From contig NZ_CBDBZT010000003.1 in assembly GCF_965213655.1 (NCBI RefSeq), positions 2,637,389 through 2,701,388 on the forward strand: DNA of 64,000 nucleotides, read 5' to 3'. This stretch comes from Candidatus Palauibacter sp. (GTDB lineage: Bacteria > Gemmatimonadota > Gemmatimonadetes > Palauibacterales > Palauibacteraceae). This document shows, piece after piece, positions 1 through 8,153 of the stretch (position 1 is its first letter; every line of letters starts with the position of its first letter). Both the position numbers and the translations under genes were made by a program. The notes beneath the pieces are model-generated. The model saw only the letters and a program-made list of their open reading frames with translations, did not search any database and was not told the origin of the DNA.

Positions 1-1
1 T

Positions 2-166
2 GCTGCACGATGTGGAGGGATGGACGCACAACGACATCGCCAAGGCTCTGGGTTGTGCGCCCGGCACGTCGAAATCGCAGTTGCACAAGGCGCGAGCGCG
101 CATGCGGAAGCTCATCGCTCCGGAAGATTCCGGGAACGGCGGTGCGCGGGGCGAAGCGCGCCTGTG
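2..166 (+). CDS. ECF (sigma-70 family) sigma factor, C-terminal fragment (region 4 HTH); the gene begins upstream of the window
   Basis: Frame 2 translation [37 protein letters not shown]... is a typical sigma-70 region-4 HTH; stop at 164-166; followed 24 nt later by an anti-sigma gene. Confidence 0.6.
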
Positions 167-189
167 AGAGGGATAGAAGAGGGATAGAA

Positions 190-885
190 ATGGCGAACCA
201 CATGGATGCCGAACGCATCTCGGCACTGCTCGACGAGCCGTGGGCCGACCGGGACTGCCGGGCCCACCTCGAGGCGTGCGGGGATTGCCAGGCGGAGTTC
301 GAGAGATTGAGTCGGCTGCGCATGGCGTTGTCCGCACTCCCGGATGAGAAGGCGCCGGGCGGGCAGTGGGCTGCGATCGAGGCCGCGCTCGATGCCGGCG
401 AGGCGCGTGCCGGCACGCGTTGGATCGGCAGGGGCTTCGCGGGCCGTCTCTTCGTCCCGGGGCCGCTCCAGGCCGCCGCGGCCCTCGTGTTGTTTGCCGG
501 CGGCGTGATCGCCGGCCTGCAGTTCACAGGCGGGCGGGGCGCGAACTTGCCGGATCCGGCCTCGGCTCTTCCGACCGTCGTCTCGACTGATGATGGTCGC
601 GCCCTCATGGACGGGCTCACCCGGATGGAATCGTTGCGGTCGCCGCTCAGGCAGGTGGGTGAGGGCGGGGCGGACCCCGCATCGGAAGCCGGGTTGGGGG
701 AGACGGATCCCCTGGAGACGGCACAGAGGCTGGCGAGGCTGGAGGGGTTGATCCGGGCACTGCGTGACGGTCTCGAGACGAATCCCGACGATCCCCTCGC
801 CAGCGCCTACCTACTGGAACTCGTGGAGGCGCGCGATCGGCTCACGGAGGATCTCGGCCGCGCGAGCGGGACGCGAACCTGGTGA
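190..885 (+). CDS. Membrane-spanning zinc-finger (ZAS-type) anti-sigma factor
   Basis: N-terminal HLEACGDCQ = H-x3-C-x2-C ZAS motif; one predicted TM helix (AAAALVLFAGGVIAGL); sits directly downstream of the ECF sigma; stop overlaps the next start (ATGA). Confidence 0.7.
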   Translation: MANHMDAERISALLDEPWADRDCRAHLEACGDCQAEFERLSRLRMALSALPDEKAPGGQWAAIEAALDAGEARAGTRWIGRGFAGRLFVPGPLQAAAALVLFAGGVIAGLQFTGGRGANLPDPASALPTVVSTDDGRALMDGLTRMESLRSPLRQVGEGGADPASEAGLGETDPLETAQRLARLEGLIRALRDGLETNPDDPLASAYLLELVEARDRLTEDLGRASGTRTW

Positions 886-2003
886 CCGTGCTTCTCTCGC
901 AGTCCCTGCGCCCGCTCGCCGCGGCTCTCGCCTTCGGCGCCCTGTTGCTCGCGCCCCTGCCCGGTGCGGCACAGGAGACCCCGGCGGCCGAAAGCCCCGG
1001 CTGGATCGGGGTGCGGGTCGACGAGCGCTACAACTGCGGCTGGGAAACACCGGAAGACTGGAAGAACTGCACGCTCGTCATGCAGGTTCGCGAAATGCAG
1101 GAAGACGGGCCGGCGGCGCGTGCGGGGCTCCTCGTCGGCGATCGACTGGCGGCGATGAACGGCGTGAGGATGACCCTCGCCAATCTGCCCGACCTGCTCG
1201 CATCGATCCGCCCGAGCGTCCCGGTACGCTTGCAGGTCACGCGGGACGGAGCAGACCGCACCCTGGAAGTCATTCCCGACACCCGGCCGCCGGATGCGGA
1301 CGACGTACCGATGGTGGGCCGCCGGACGATCGTGACCACGACCAGGAACCCGGGGCGCGGCACGTTCGTTCTGTGGCTGACGGCCGCCACCGAGCCCGAC
1401 TCCGCCGAGCGCGGCCGCGCGGGCGTCGCCCTCGCCTTCCGCGATACGGACGAAACCGGCGTGGCCGTCGAGCCCTCCGCCGTGCGGGTCGTGGACGGTC
1501 GACTCAACGTGCTCCCCGCGCGTGGCCGACCGGTCTCGGAGTTGCCGGCGATCCGTGCGGAAATACTCCGTGATCTTCAGCGCGAGACGGAATCGGCCTA
1601 CCGGGACTTCACGCTGGCACTCCAGCATGTGGGCGCCGTGCGGGCGCGCCTCTCGGCGACGGAGTTCCGTCGCCGCATCGCGCGTGCCGCCCAGGTGGCG
1701 CTGCCGGAGCCCGGTCTCGCCACCCGCATCCACCGCACGTTCGCCGGGGCGGAGTTCGAGCCTGTACGCGACTTCTCGGACCAGGCCGGTCTCGAGGGTC
1801 TCCTCGTGCTCAGGGTCGCGCGGGGGACGGTCACCGCCCGGCTCGGGCTCAGGCCGGGAGACCTCCTCATGAGAGCCGCCGACCGACCGATACGGGACCT
1901 TGAGGAGCTCGTCACCGCGCTCGATTCGGAACCCGGATCGGGCCCGAGCGTGGTGTGGGTCCGGGGAGGTCGCGAGATGAGCGCAGTCTGGCCCCGACGC
2001 TGA
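882..2003 (+). CDS. Exported PDZ-domain protein (two PDZ-like segments), co-operonic with sigma/anti-sigma
   Basis: Signal peptide (LLAPLPGAAQE); GLLVGDRLAAMNG and RPGDLLMRAADRPI are PDZ-type motifs; ATGA overlap with the anti-sigma stop. Confidence 0.65.
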   Translation: MTVLLSQSLRPLAAALAFGALLLAPLPGAAQETPAAESPGWIGVRVDERYNCGWETPEDWKNCTLVMQVREMQEDGPAARAGLLVGDRLAAMNGVRMTLANLPDLLASIRPSVPVRLQVTRDGADRTLEVIPDTRPPDADDVPMVGRRTIVTTTRNPGRGTFVLWLTAATEPDSAERGRAGVALAFRDTDETGVAVEPSAVRVVDGRLNVLPARGRPVSELPAIRAEILRDLQRETESAYRDFTLALQHVGAVRARLSATEFRRRIARAAQVALPEPGLATRIHRTFAGAEFEPVRDFSDQAGLEGLLVLRVARGTVTARLGLRPGDLLMRAADRPIRDLEELVTALDSEPGSGPSVVWVRGGREMSAVWPRR

Positions 2004-2056
2004 CAGCGTTGGCGTTCTGGACATTGGCGCCGGACCACGGATAGCTTTTTTTATGG
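2004..2056 (+). terminator. Possible intrinsic terminator region (GC palindrome ggcgcc followed by a T7 run) after the PDZ gene
   Basis: ttggcgccggaccacggatagcttttttta; a T-run is rare in this GC-rich DNA; stem is weak. Confidence 0.3.
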
Positions 2057-2088
2057 CTCGAACGCGTTCGCGACAGTCGACAGGGATT

Positions 2089-2520
2089 ATGCGAAAAGGG
2101 CCAGTGCGCCTCCGACTCGACGCGCTGTCCGTCATCGGGGCCTTCCTCATCGGAATCGGGCCGGGGACGGCCGTTCAGCCCTGTCCGAAGCATCGTGCGG
2201 CGCACGGCGACGAGCTGGAGCCCCGGACCGCCACACTCCTAGAGACGCATGCGGAGGCCGCCCCCGCACACAGCCGCGCGGGGCACGCCCACGCCGATGG
2301 CGCCGGCGCCAGCAAGAATTCGCATCCCCACTCGGGCGGACCGTGTGACTGTCTCGGCACCTGCCTGACCTGCTGTGGTCCGGCGCTCGTGGCCTCCTCC
2401 CCGCGCGCCGCCCAGATCACCTCTGCAGACTACGCATCGCGCGGGACGCGGCCCTACCTCCGGCTCGCCCCGGACCCGGCTGCCTACCTCAGACCGTTCG
2501 GCCAACCACCCCCCGCCTGA
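2089..2520 (+). CDS. Hypothetical membrane-anchored Cys/His-rich protein (putative metal-binding)
   Basis: TM-like N-terminus (ALSVIGAFLIGIG); HAHADGAGASKNSHPHSGGPCDCLGTCLTCCGP cluster; GC3 approximately 80%; start uncertain (first Met of the ORF is at 2053). Confidence 0.35.
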   Translation: MRKGPVRLRLDALSVIGAFLIGIGPGTAVQPCPKHRAAHGDELEPRTATLLETHAEAAPAHSRAGHAHADGAGASKNSHPHSGGPCDCLGTCLTCCGPALVASSPRAAQITSADYASRGTRPYLRLAPDPAAYLRPFGQPPPA

Positions 2521-2688
2521 CTCCTCGACAACAAACCGCACCGTTGCCCGGGAGCGCGACTCCCGCCGGCCAGAGGGTCGGCGTGCGTACGCGTGCCGGT
2601 CGCCGAGCCGATGCCCGCGCTCACCAGCGGCGGACATCGGTCGGCGCGCATCCCCAGTCGAACGAGGAGTCGAAAATTGAAGAAGTGC

Positions 2689-3699
2689 ATGACGTTCAGC
2701 GCGTTCGCGCTGCTGGTCCTTGCCGCACCCGTCGCCGCGCAGTGGAACGCCTCGCGCGCTGACAGCCATGCCCCCATCGGCGTGATGGCGGACCACCGCC
2801 ACGAGGCGGGCGAGGTGATGCTCTCGTACCGCTACATGACGATGACCATGGAGGGGAGCCGCATCGGCACGGATCCCGTCGCCGAAGCGGACATCGTGTC
2901 TCCGGGCGGGGGTTTCATGGTCACGCCGACCCGCATGCCCATGACGATGCACATGTTCGGGGCCATGTTCGCGCCGTCCGACCGCATCACCTTCATGGCG
3001 ATGCTCCCCTTCACTTCCAGTTCGATGGACCACATCACGCGCGCGGGCGGGTCGTTCACGACCGAGTCAGCCGGCATGGGTGACATCAAGGTAGGCGCCA
3101 TGATCGGCCTGGCCGACTGGGCGAACCAGTCGCTTCATCTGAACGCCATGGTCGGCCTGCCGACCGGATCGATCGACGAGATGGATGTGCTCCCCAACAG
3201 CCAGGGGATGGACGTCCAACTCCCCTACCCCATGCAGATCGGCTCGGGCACCCTTGATCTCCGCCCCGGCCTTACCTGGCTGGGCCAGGCCCGTGACTGG
3301 TCCTGGGGAGCCCAGGGCAACGCCGTGCTGCGCATGGGCACGAACGACCGCGACTGGTCACTGGGCAACAAGGTGCAGGGCACCGCCTGGTGGGCGCGGT
3401 TGTTGGGGCGCCACCTTTCGGCCGGGGTTCGGCTCGTCGCCACCCGGACCGGGAACATCGACGGGAGAGACGCCGCGCCGAGCGTGAACCCGCAACTGGT
3501 GCCCACGGCCCGCACCGACCTCCGTGCCGGCACCGTGGTCGAAGGAGGGCTGAGCCTCAGCCTCTACATCCCCCGAGCCAAGGCCTTCAGGGTCGCCGGC
3601 GAGGTGCTCCTGCCCCTCGTCCGCGACCTCGACGGTCCCCAACTCGAGACCGATCTGACCTTCTTGCTCGGCCTGCAGATCGTACCCGTAAGCCATTAA
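2689..3699 (+). CDS. Outer-membrane beta-barrel protein with Met/His-rich N-terminal region (CopB/PcoB-like or MetA-pathway 'transporter' family)
   Basis: Signal peptide MTFSAFALLVLAAPVAAQ; Met-rich motifs MTMTME, MPMTMHMF, MADHRHE; alternating beta-strand pattern; C-terminal aromatic-rich strands. Confidence 0.6.
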   Translation: MTFSAFALLVLAAPVAAQWNASRADSHAPIGVMADHRHEAGEVMLSYRYMTMTMEGSRIGTDPVAEADIVSPGGGFMVTPTRMPMTMHMFGAMFAPSDRITFMAMLPFTSSSMDHITRAGGSFTTESAGMGDIKVGAMIGLADWANQSLHLNAMVGLPTGSIDEMDVLPNSQGMDVQLPYPMQIGSGTLDLRPGLTWLGQARDWSWGAQGNAVLRMGTNDRDWSLGNKVQGTAWWARLLGRHLSAGVRLVATRTGNIDGRDAAPSVNPQLVPTARTDLRAGTVVEGGLSLSLYIPRAKAFRVAGEVLLPLVRDLDGPQLETDLTFLLGLQIVPVSH

Positions 3700-3715
3700 A
3701 TGGCAACGCGTTATG

Positions 3716-3745
3716 TACGGGGGTCGCTCCGTCGCGGCCCCCGTA
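3716..3745 (+). terminator. GC-rich hairpin immediately after the OMP gene stop (12-bp stem tacgggggtcgc / gcggcccccgta, loop tccgtc)
   Basis: Near-perfect inverted repeat 17 nt after the TAA at 3697-3699; no T-tail. Confidence 0.4.
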
Positions 3746-3791
3746 GGTGCCCTGCCTTGAGAATCTACTTGAACTCCCGCCACGAGCGATT

Positions 3792-3828
3792 CGTATACGT
3801 AACATGTCATCGTATACACCGTATATGG
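3792..3828 (+). promoter_or_regulatory. AT-rich operator-like element upstream of icd: CGTATACG / GTATAC / GTATAT repeats around an ACATGT palindrome
   Basis: tcGTATACGtaACATGTcatcGTATACaccGTATATgg lies in the 226-nt icd upstream region; local GC is far below background. Confidence 0.35.
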
Positions 3829-3925
3829 TTTGTCAGCGGCGAGGGCCGGTCGTACTCTCCCCACCCGCCGCCACCGATCCCGGTGAGCGAAGAAGGATCC
3901 CCGGAACCAATTCGAGAGAACCCCC

Positions 3926-5179
3926 ATGTCCGACGCGCCTCCCGCATACGACACCCTGTCCACTCCAGCGGGCGGGGAAAACATCCGCATGGCGGGCAGC
4001 CGCCTCGACGTGCCCGACCGTCCGATCATTCCCTTCATCGAAGGCGACGGGATCGGTCCCGACATCTGGCACGCCGCGAGCGCGGTCTTCGAGGCGGCCG
4101 TCGAGAAGGCATACGGCGGCGCCCGCAGGATCGTGTGGTTCGAGGTGCTCGCCGGCCAGAAGGCGTTCGACCGCACCGGGGACTGGCTCCCCACGGACAC
4201 GCTGCGTGCGATTCGGCATCACCTCGTCGCGATCAAGGGACCCCTGACGACGCCCGTGGGTGGAGGGATCCGATCGCTCAACGTGGCACTGCGCCAGAAA
4301 CTCGACCTGTTCGCGTGCGTCCGCCCCGTGCGCTGGTTCGAGGGTGTGCCGTCTCCGGTCCGGCAGCCGGACCTCGTCGACATGACGATCTTCCGCGAGA
4401 ACACCGAGGACATCTACGCCGGCATCGAGTGGGAGGCCGGGAGCGATGAGGCCCGCCGTCTGCGTGCCTTCCTGTGCGACGAGATGGGCGTCTCGACGAT
4501 CCGTTTCCCCGAGACCAGTTCCTTCGGTGTGAAGCCGATCTCGAGGGAAGGGACGCGGCGGCTCGTCCGCGCCGCGATCCGGTACGCCCGCGCCCGGGGA
4601 TCCGGCAGCGTCACGCTGGTCCACAAGGGGAACATCATGAAGTTCACCGAGGGCGGCTTCCGCGACTGGGGCTACGAACTCGCCAAGGACGAATTCGGGG
4701 CGGAGGAGTTCGGCGGCGGCCCCTGGTGCCGGACCCCGGACGGGATCGTCGTCAAGGACGTGATCGCGGACGCCTTCCTGCAGCAGATCCTCACGCGGCC
4801 CGCGGAGTATGACGTGATCGCGACCATGAACCTGAACGGCGATTACATCTCGGACGCGCTGGCCGCGCAGGTGGGCGGGATCGGCATCGCGCCCGGCGCC
4901 AACATCAACTACGAGAGCGGCCACGCGATCTTCGAGGCGACGCACGGCACCGCGCCGAAGTACGCGGGACAGGACAAGGTGAACCCCGGTTCCGTCATCC
5001 TTTCCGGCGAGATGATGTTGAGGCACCTTGGCTGGAACGAGGCCGCCGACCTCATTGTATCTTCTTTGGGCGCAACGATAAGCGAGAAGCGCGTGACGTA
5101 CGACTTCGAGCGCTTGATGGACGGGGCGACACTCCTCAAGTGCAGCGAGTTCGGCCAGGCCATGATCGACAACATGTGA
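3926..5179 (+). CDS. icd: NADP-dependent isocitrate dehydrogenase
   Basis: Full-length match to prokaryotic homodimeric IDH ([39 protein letters not shown]). Confidence 0.95.
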   Translation: MSDAPPAYDTLSTPAGGENIRMAGSRLDVPDRPIIPFIEGDGIGPDIWHAASAVFEAAVEKAYGGARRIVWFEVLAGQKAFDRTGDWLPTDTLRAIRHHLVAIKGPLTTPVGGGIRSLNVALRQKLDLFACVRPVRWFEGVPSPVRQPDLVDMTIFRENTEDIYAGIEWEAGSDEARRLRAFLCDEMGVSTIRFPETSSFGVKPISREGTRRLVRAAIRYARARGSGSVTLVHKGNIMKFTEGGFRDWGYELAKDEFGAEEFGGGPWCRTPDGIVVKDVIADAFLQQILTRPAEYDVIATMNLNGDYISDALAAQVGGIGIAPGANINYESGHAIFEATHGTAPKYAGQDKVNPGSVILSGEMMLRHLGWNEAADLIVSSLGATISEKRVTYDFERLMDGATLLKCSEFGQAMIDNM

Positions 5180-5311
5180 TGAGTCCGGCTCAGAGCCGGA
5201 ACCCCCGCGGTGGAACCTCCGTATGACGAGCTTTCGGAGGCCCGTTGTCGCCGGGCGGGAGGGGATCGGGAGGTCCGGTCTCCGCAATCGTTGTATCCGA
5301 TGGAGAGAGAG

Positions 5312-8065
5312 ATGAAGAAGAAAGGCAGGTTCGCGGCGGTCGCAGGGTTCGTGTCCGCGCTGGTGGCGCCGGGCGCGGTTCAGGCCCAGCTCCCCACGGG
5401 CATCACCGAGGTCGCAAGCGTTGAAGGCATCACGGAGTACCAGCTTGAGAACGGACTCCGCTTTCTGCTCTTCCCCGACCAGAGCAAGCAGCAGATCACG
5501 GTGAACATCACCTATCTCGTGGGTTCGAGGCACGAGGGCTACGGCGAGACGGGCATGGCCCACCTCCTCGAACACCTCGTGTTCAAGGGCACGCCGGACC
5601 ACCCGGACATTCCGAAGGAACTCGACGAGCACGGCGCCTTCCCCAACGGCACCACCTGGTTCGACCGCACGAACTACTTCGAGACGTTCCCGGCTACGGA
5701 CGAGAACCTCGACTGGGCGCTCGATCTCGAGGCGGACCGGATGGTGAACTCGTTCATCGCGGCGGAGGATCTGGAATCCGAGATGACGGTGGTCCGCAAT
5801 GAATGGGAAGCGGGGGAGAACAGCCCCCAGGGCGTGCTCCAGAAGCGGGTGATGTCAGCCGCGTACGACTGGCACAACTACGGCAACTCCACCATCGGGG
5901 CCCGCGCGGACCTCGAGAATGTGCCCATCGACCGGCTGCAGGCCTTCTACCGGAAGTACTACCAGCCGGACAACGCGATCCTCGTCGTGGCCGGACGCTT
6001 CGAACCTGCGCGCGCGCTGGAGCTGGTCGCCGAGAAGTTCGGCCGCATCCCGCGGCCGGACCGCACTGGAGCCAATCAACTCTTCCACACCTACACGGCC
6101 GAACCCGCGCAGGACGGCGAGCGGACGGTGACGCTGCGGCGCGTCGGCGACGTGCAACTCGTGATGGCGGCGTACCACATGCCGCCGGGATCGCACGAGC
6201 AGTTCGCGGCCGTCGACGTGATGACGCACGTGCTGGCCGCCCGTCCGGCCGGACGCCTCTACCAGGCCCTCGTCGAACCGGGACTCGCGGCCGGCGCCTT
6301 CGCCTTCAACTACCAGCTTAACGAGCCCGGCATGCTCCTCACCGCCGCCGAGGTGCGCGAGGAGGATTCCCTCGAGACCGCCGCCGAGACGTTGCTGGAG
6401 ACGGTCCAGGCGCTGGTCGACGAACCCCCGACCGAGGAGGAGGTCGAGCGCGCCAAGACCGACTATCTCTCCGGCATCGAACTCGCGTTCAACAACCCGC
6501 AGGGGATTGCGCTGCAGCTGAGCGAGTGGGCCTCGATGGGAGACTGGCGCCTCTTCTTCCTGCACCGGGATCGCCTCGAGCGCGTGACCCCGGAGGCGGT
6601 ACACCAGGTCGCGCAGGCCTACCTGAAGCCCTCCAATCGGACCATCGGTTACTTCTATCCGGCCGAAGAGACGCCGGCCCGGGCCGAGATCCCGCCGCCG
6701 CCGGACGTCGGGGCGCTGGTTGCCTCGTACACCGGACGCGAAGCGGTGGCGGAGGGAGAGGCGTTCGATCCGACGATCGAGAACATCGAGGCCCGGACGG
6801 AGCGGTTCGAGCTGCCCAGCGGCCTCAAGGTTGCGTTTCTCCAGAAGGAAAACCGAGGTGAAGCCGTGAGCGTGAGCTTTTCGCTTCGGCACGGAACGGA
6901 ACGTGCCCTCATGGGGAAGGCCACCGCAGCCTCGATGGCCGGCTCCATGCTGATGCGCGGCACGGCGAACCGCACGCGTCAGGAGATCTCCGACGAGCTC
7001 GACCGTTTGAAGGCGCAGGGCGGCATCAACGGAAGCATTCTCTCGGCGAGCGGTTCGTTCAGCACCGTGCGCGAGAACCTCCCGGCCGTCCTGCGGCTCG
7101 GCGCCGAGATTCTTCAGCAGCCATCCTTCGACGCGGACGAGTTCGAGTTGCTGCGCGAGGAACGCCTGGCCGGTATCGAGTCACAGATGTCGGAGCCGCA
7201 GGCCCTCGTCAGCCAGGCCTTCGGGCGTCACTTTTCGGACTACGCTGCGGATCATCCCCGCTACGCGCCGACCTATGAGGAGCAGATCGAGCGCTTCGAG
7301 GCCGCGACAGTGGAAGACGCCAGCGCCTTTTGGGAGAGCTTCTACGGCGCGCAGGGCGGTACCATGTCCGTCGTCGGCGATTTCAACGCCACGGAGATCC
7401 GCTCACTCATCGAGGACTTGTTCGGTGACTGGACTGCGAGTGAAGCCTACGCCCGTGTGCCGATCCAGTACCGCGAGGTCGACGCGCTGAGCCTCGACAT
7501 TGAGACCCCCGACAAAGCGAACGCCCTCATGCTTGCCGGGATCTCGATTCAGATGCGAGACGATCACCCCGACTACCCGGCGCTGGTGCTCGGCAACCAC
7601 ATGCTTGGTGGCGGTATGAACTCCCGCCTGTTCAGTCGCATACGGGGTGAGGAAGGGCTGTCGTACGGTGTGGGTTCCCAATACAGCGCCCCTCCGATCG
7701 ATGACAACGCCCAGTTCTTCGCGTTCGCCATCTTTGCACCCGAGAACGCGGACAAGGTGGCCGAATCGTTCCGGGACGAACTTGAGCGCACGCTTGCAGA
7801 CGGCTTTGGGCAGGAAGAATTCGAGGGTGCCAAGCGGGGTTACCTGGACCAGGCGCAGAACAGCCGCTCCAACGACGGGGTCATCGCGAACATGCTGTCG
7901 AACTACATGTTCCTGGACCGTCCGCTCTCGTTCACGAGTGAGCAGGAGGCCGCAATCGAGGCGCTGACGGCCGAGAAAGTCGTGGGTGCGATGCGGAGGC
8001 ACATCGACCCGGCGAAGCTGACGATCATCCGGGGCGGTGACTTCGCCAACAAGCTCGTGCCCTAG
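5312..8065 (+). CDS. Two-domain M16 (pitrilysin/insulinase) family zinc peptidase, secreted
   Basis: HLLEH inverted zinc-binding motif ([13 protein letters not shown]); signal peptide; about 917 aa with duplicated M16 cores; GGAGAG SD before the ATG at 5312. Confidence 0.85.
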   Translation: MKKKGRFAAVAGFVSALVAPGAVQAQLPTGITEVASVEGITEYQLENGLRFLLFPDQSKQQITVNITYLVGSRHEGYGETGMAHLLEHLVFKGTPDHPDIPKELDEHGAFPNGTTWFDRTNYFETFPATDENLDWALDLEADRMVNSFIAAEDLESEMTVVRNEWEAGENSPQGVLQKRVMSAAYDWHNYGNSTIGARADLENVPIDRLQAFYRKYYQPDNAILVVAGRFEPARALELVAEKFGRIPRPDRTGANQLFHTYTAEPAQDGERTVTLRRVGDVQLVMAAYHMPPGSHEQFAAVDVMTHVLAARPAGRLYQALVEPGLAAGAFAFNYQLNEPGMLLTAAEVREEDSLETAAETLLETVQALVDEPPTEEEVERAKTDYLSGIELAFNNPQGIALQLSEWASMGDWRLFFLHRDRLERVTPEAVHQVAQAYLKPSNRTIGYFYPAEETPARAEIPPPPDVGALVASYTGREAVAEGEAFDPTIENIEARTERFELPSGLKVAFLQKENRGEAVSVSFSLRHGTERALMGKATAASMAGSMLMRGTANRTRQEISDELDRLKAQGGINGSILSASGSFSTVRENLPAVLRLGAEILQQPSFDADEFELLREERLAGIESQMSEPQALVSQAFGRHFSDYAADHPRYAPTYEEQIERFEAATVEDASAFWESFYGAQGGTMSVVGDFNATEIRSLIEDLFGDWTASEAYARVPIQYREVDALSLDIETPDKANALMLAGISIQMRDDHPDYPALVLGNHMLGGGMNSRLFSRIRGEEGLSYGVGSQYSAPPIDDNAQFFAFAIFAPENADKVAESFRDELERTLADGFGQEEFEGAKRGYLDQAQNSRSNDGVIANMLSNYMFLDRPLSFTSEQEAAIEALTAEKVVGAMRRHIDPAKLTIIRGGDFANKLVP

Positions 8066-8120
8066 CAGCCAGCCCCCAGGAGCCGGCGGCCCCCCCCCGC
8101 GCGGGCCCGGCACAGGGGGG

Positions 8121-8153
8121 GACGGCGGGCGGCCGGATCAGCGGCCGCCCGTC
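8121..8153. terminator. Bidirectional GC hairpin between convergent M16 (+) and S9 (-) genes
   Basis: gacggcgggcggccg-gatcag-cggccgcccgtc; spans the S9 gene stop codon. Confidence 0.35.

Noticed and set aside
807-2150. 447-aa ORF antisense to the anti-sigma / PDZ genes
   Set aside because: No recognisable motifs and Arg/Gly/Pro-rich composition typical of GC-driven shadow ORFs; the plus-strand genes carry ZAS and PDZ signatures and overlapping stop/start coupling.
3833-5632. 599-aa ORF antisense to icd
   Set aside because: icd on the plus strand is unambiguous; the antisense frame is a shadow ORF.
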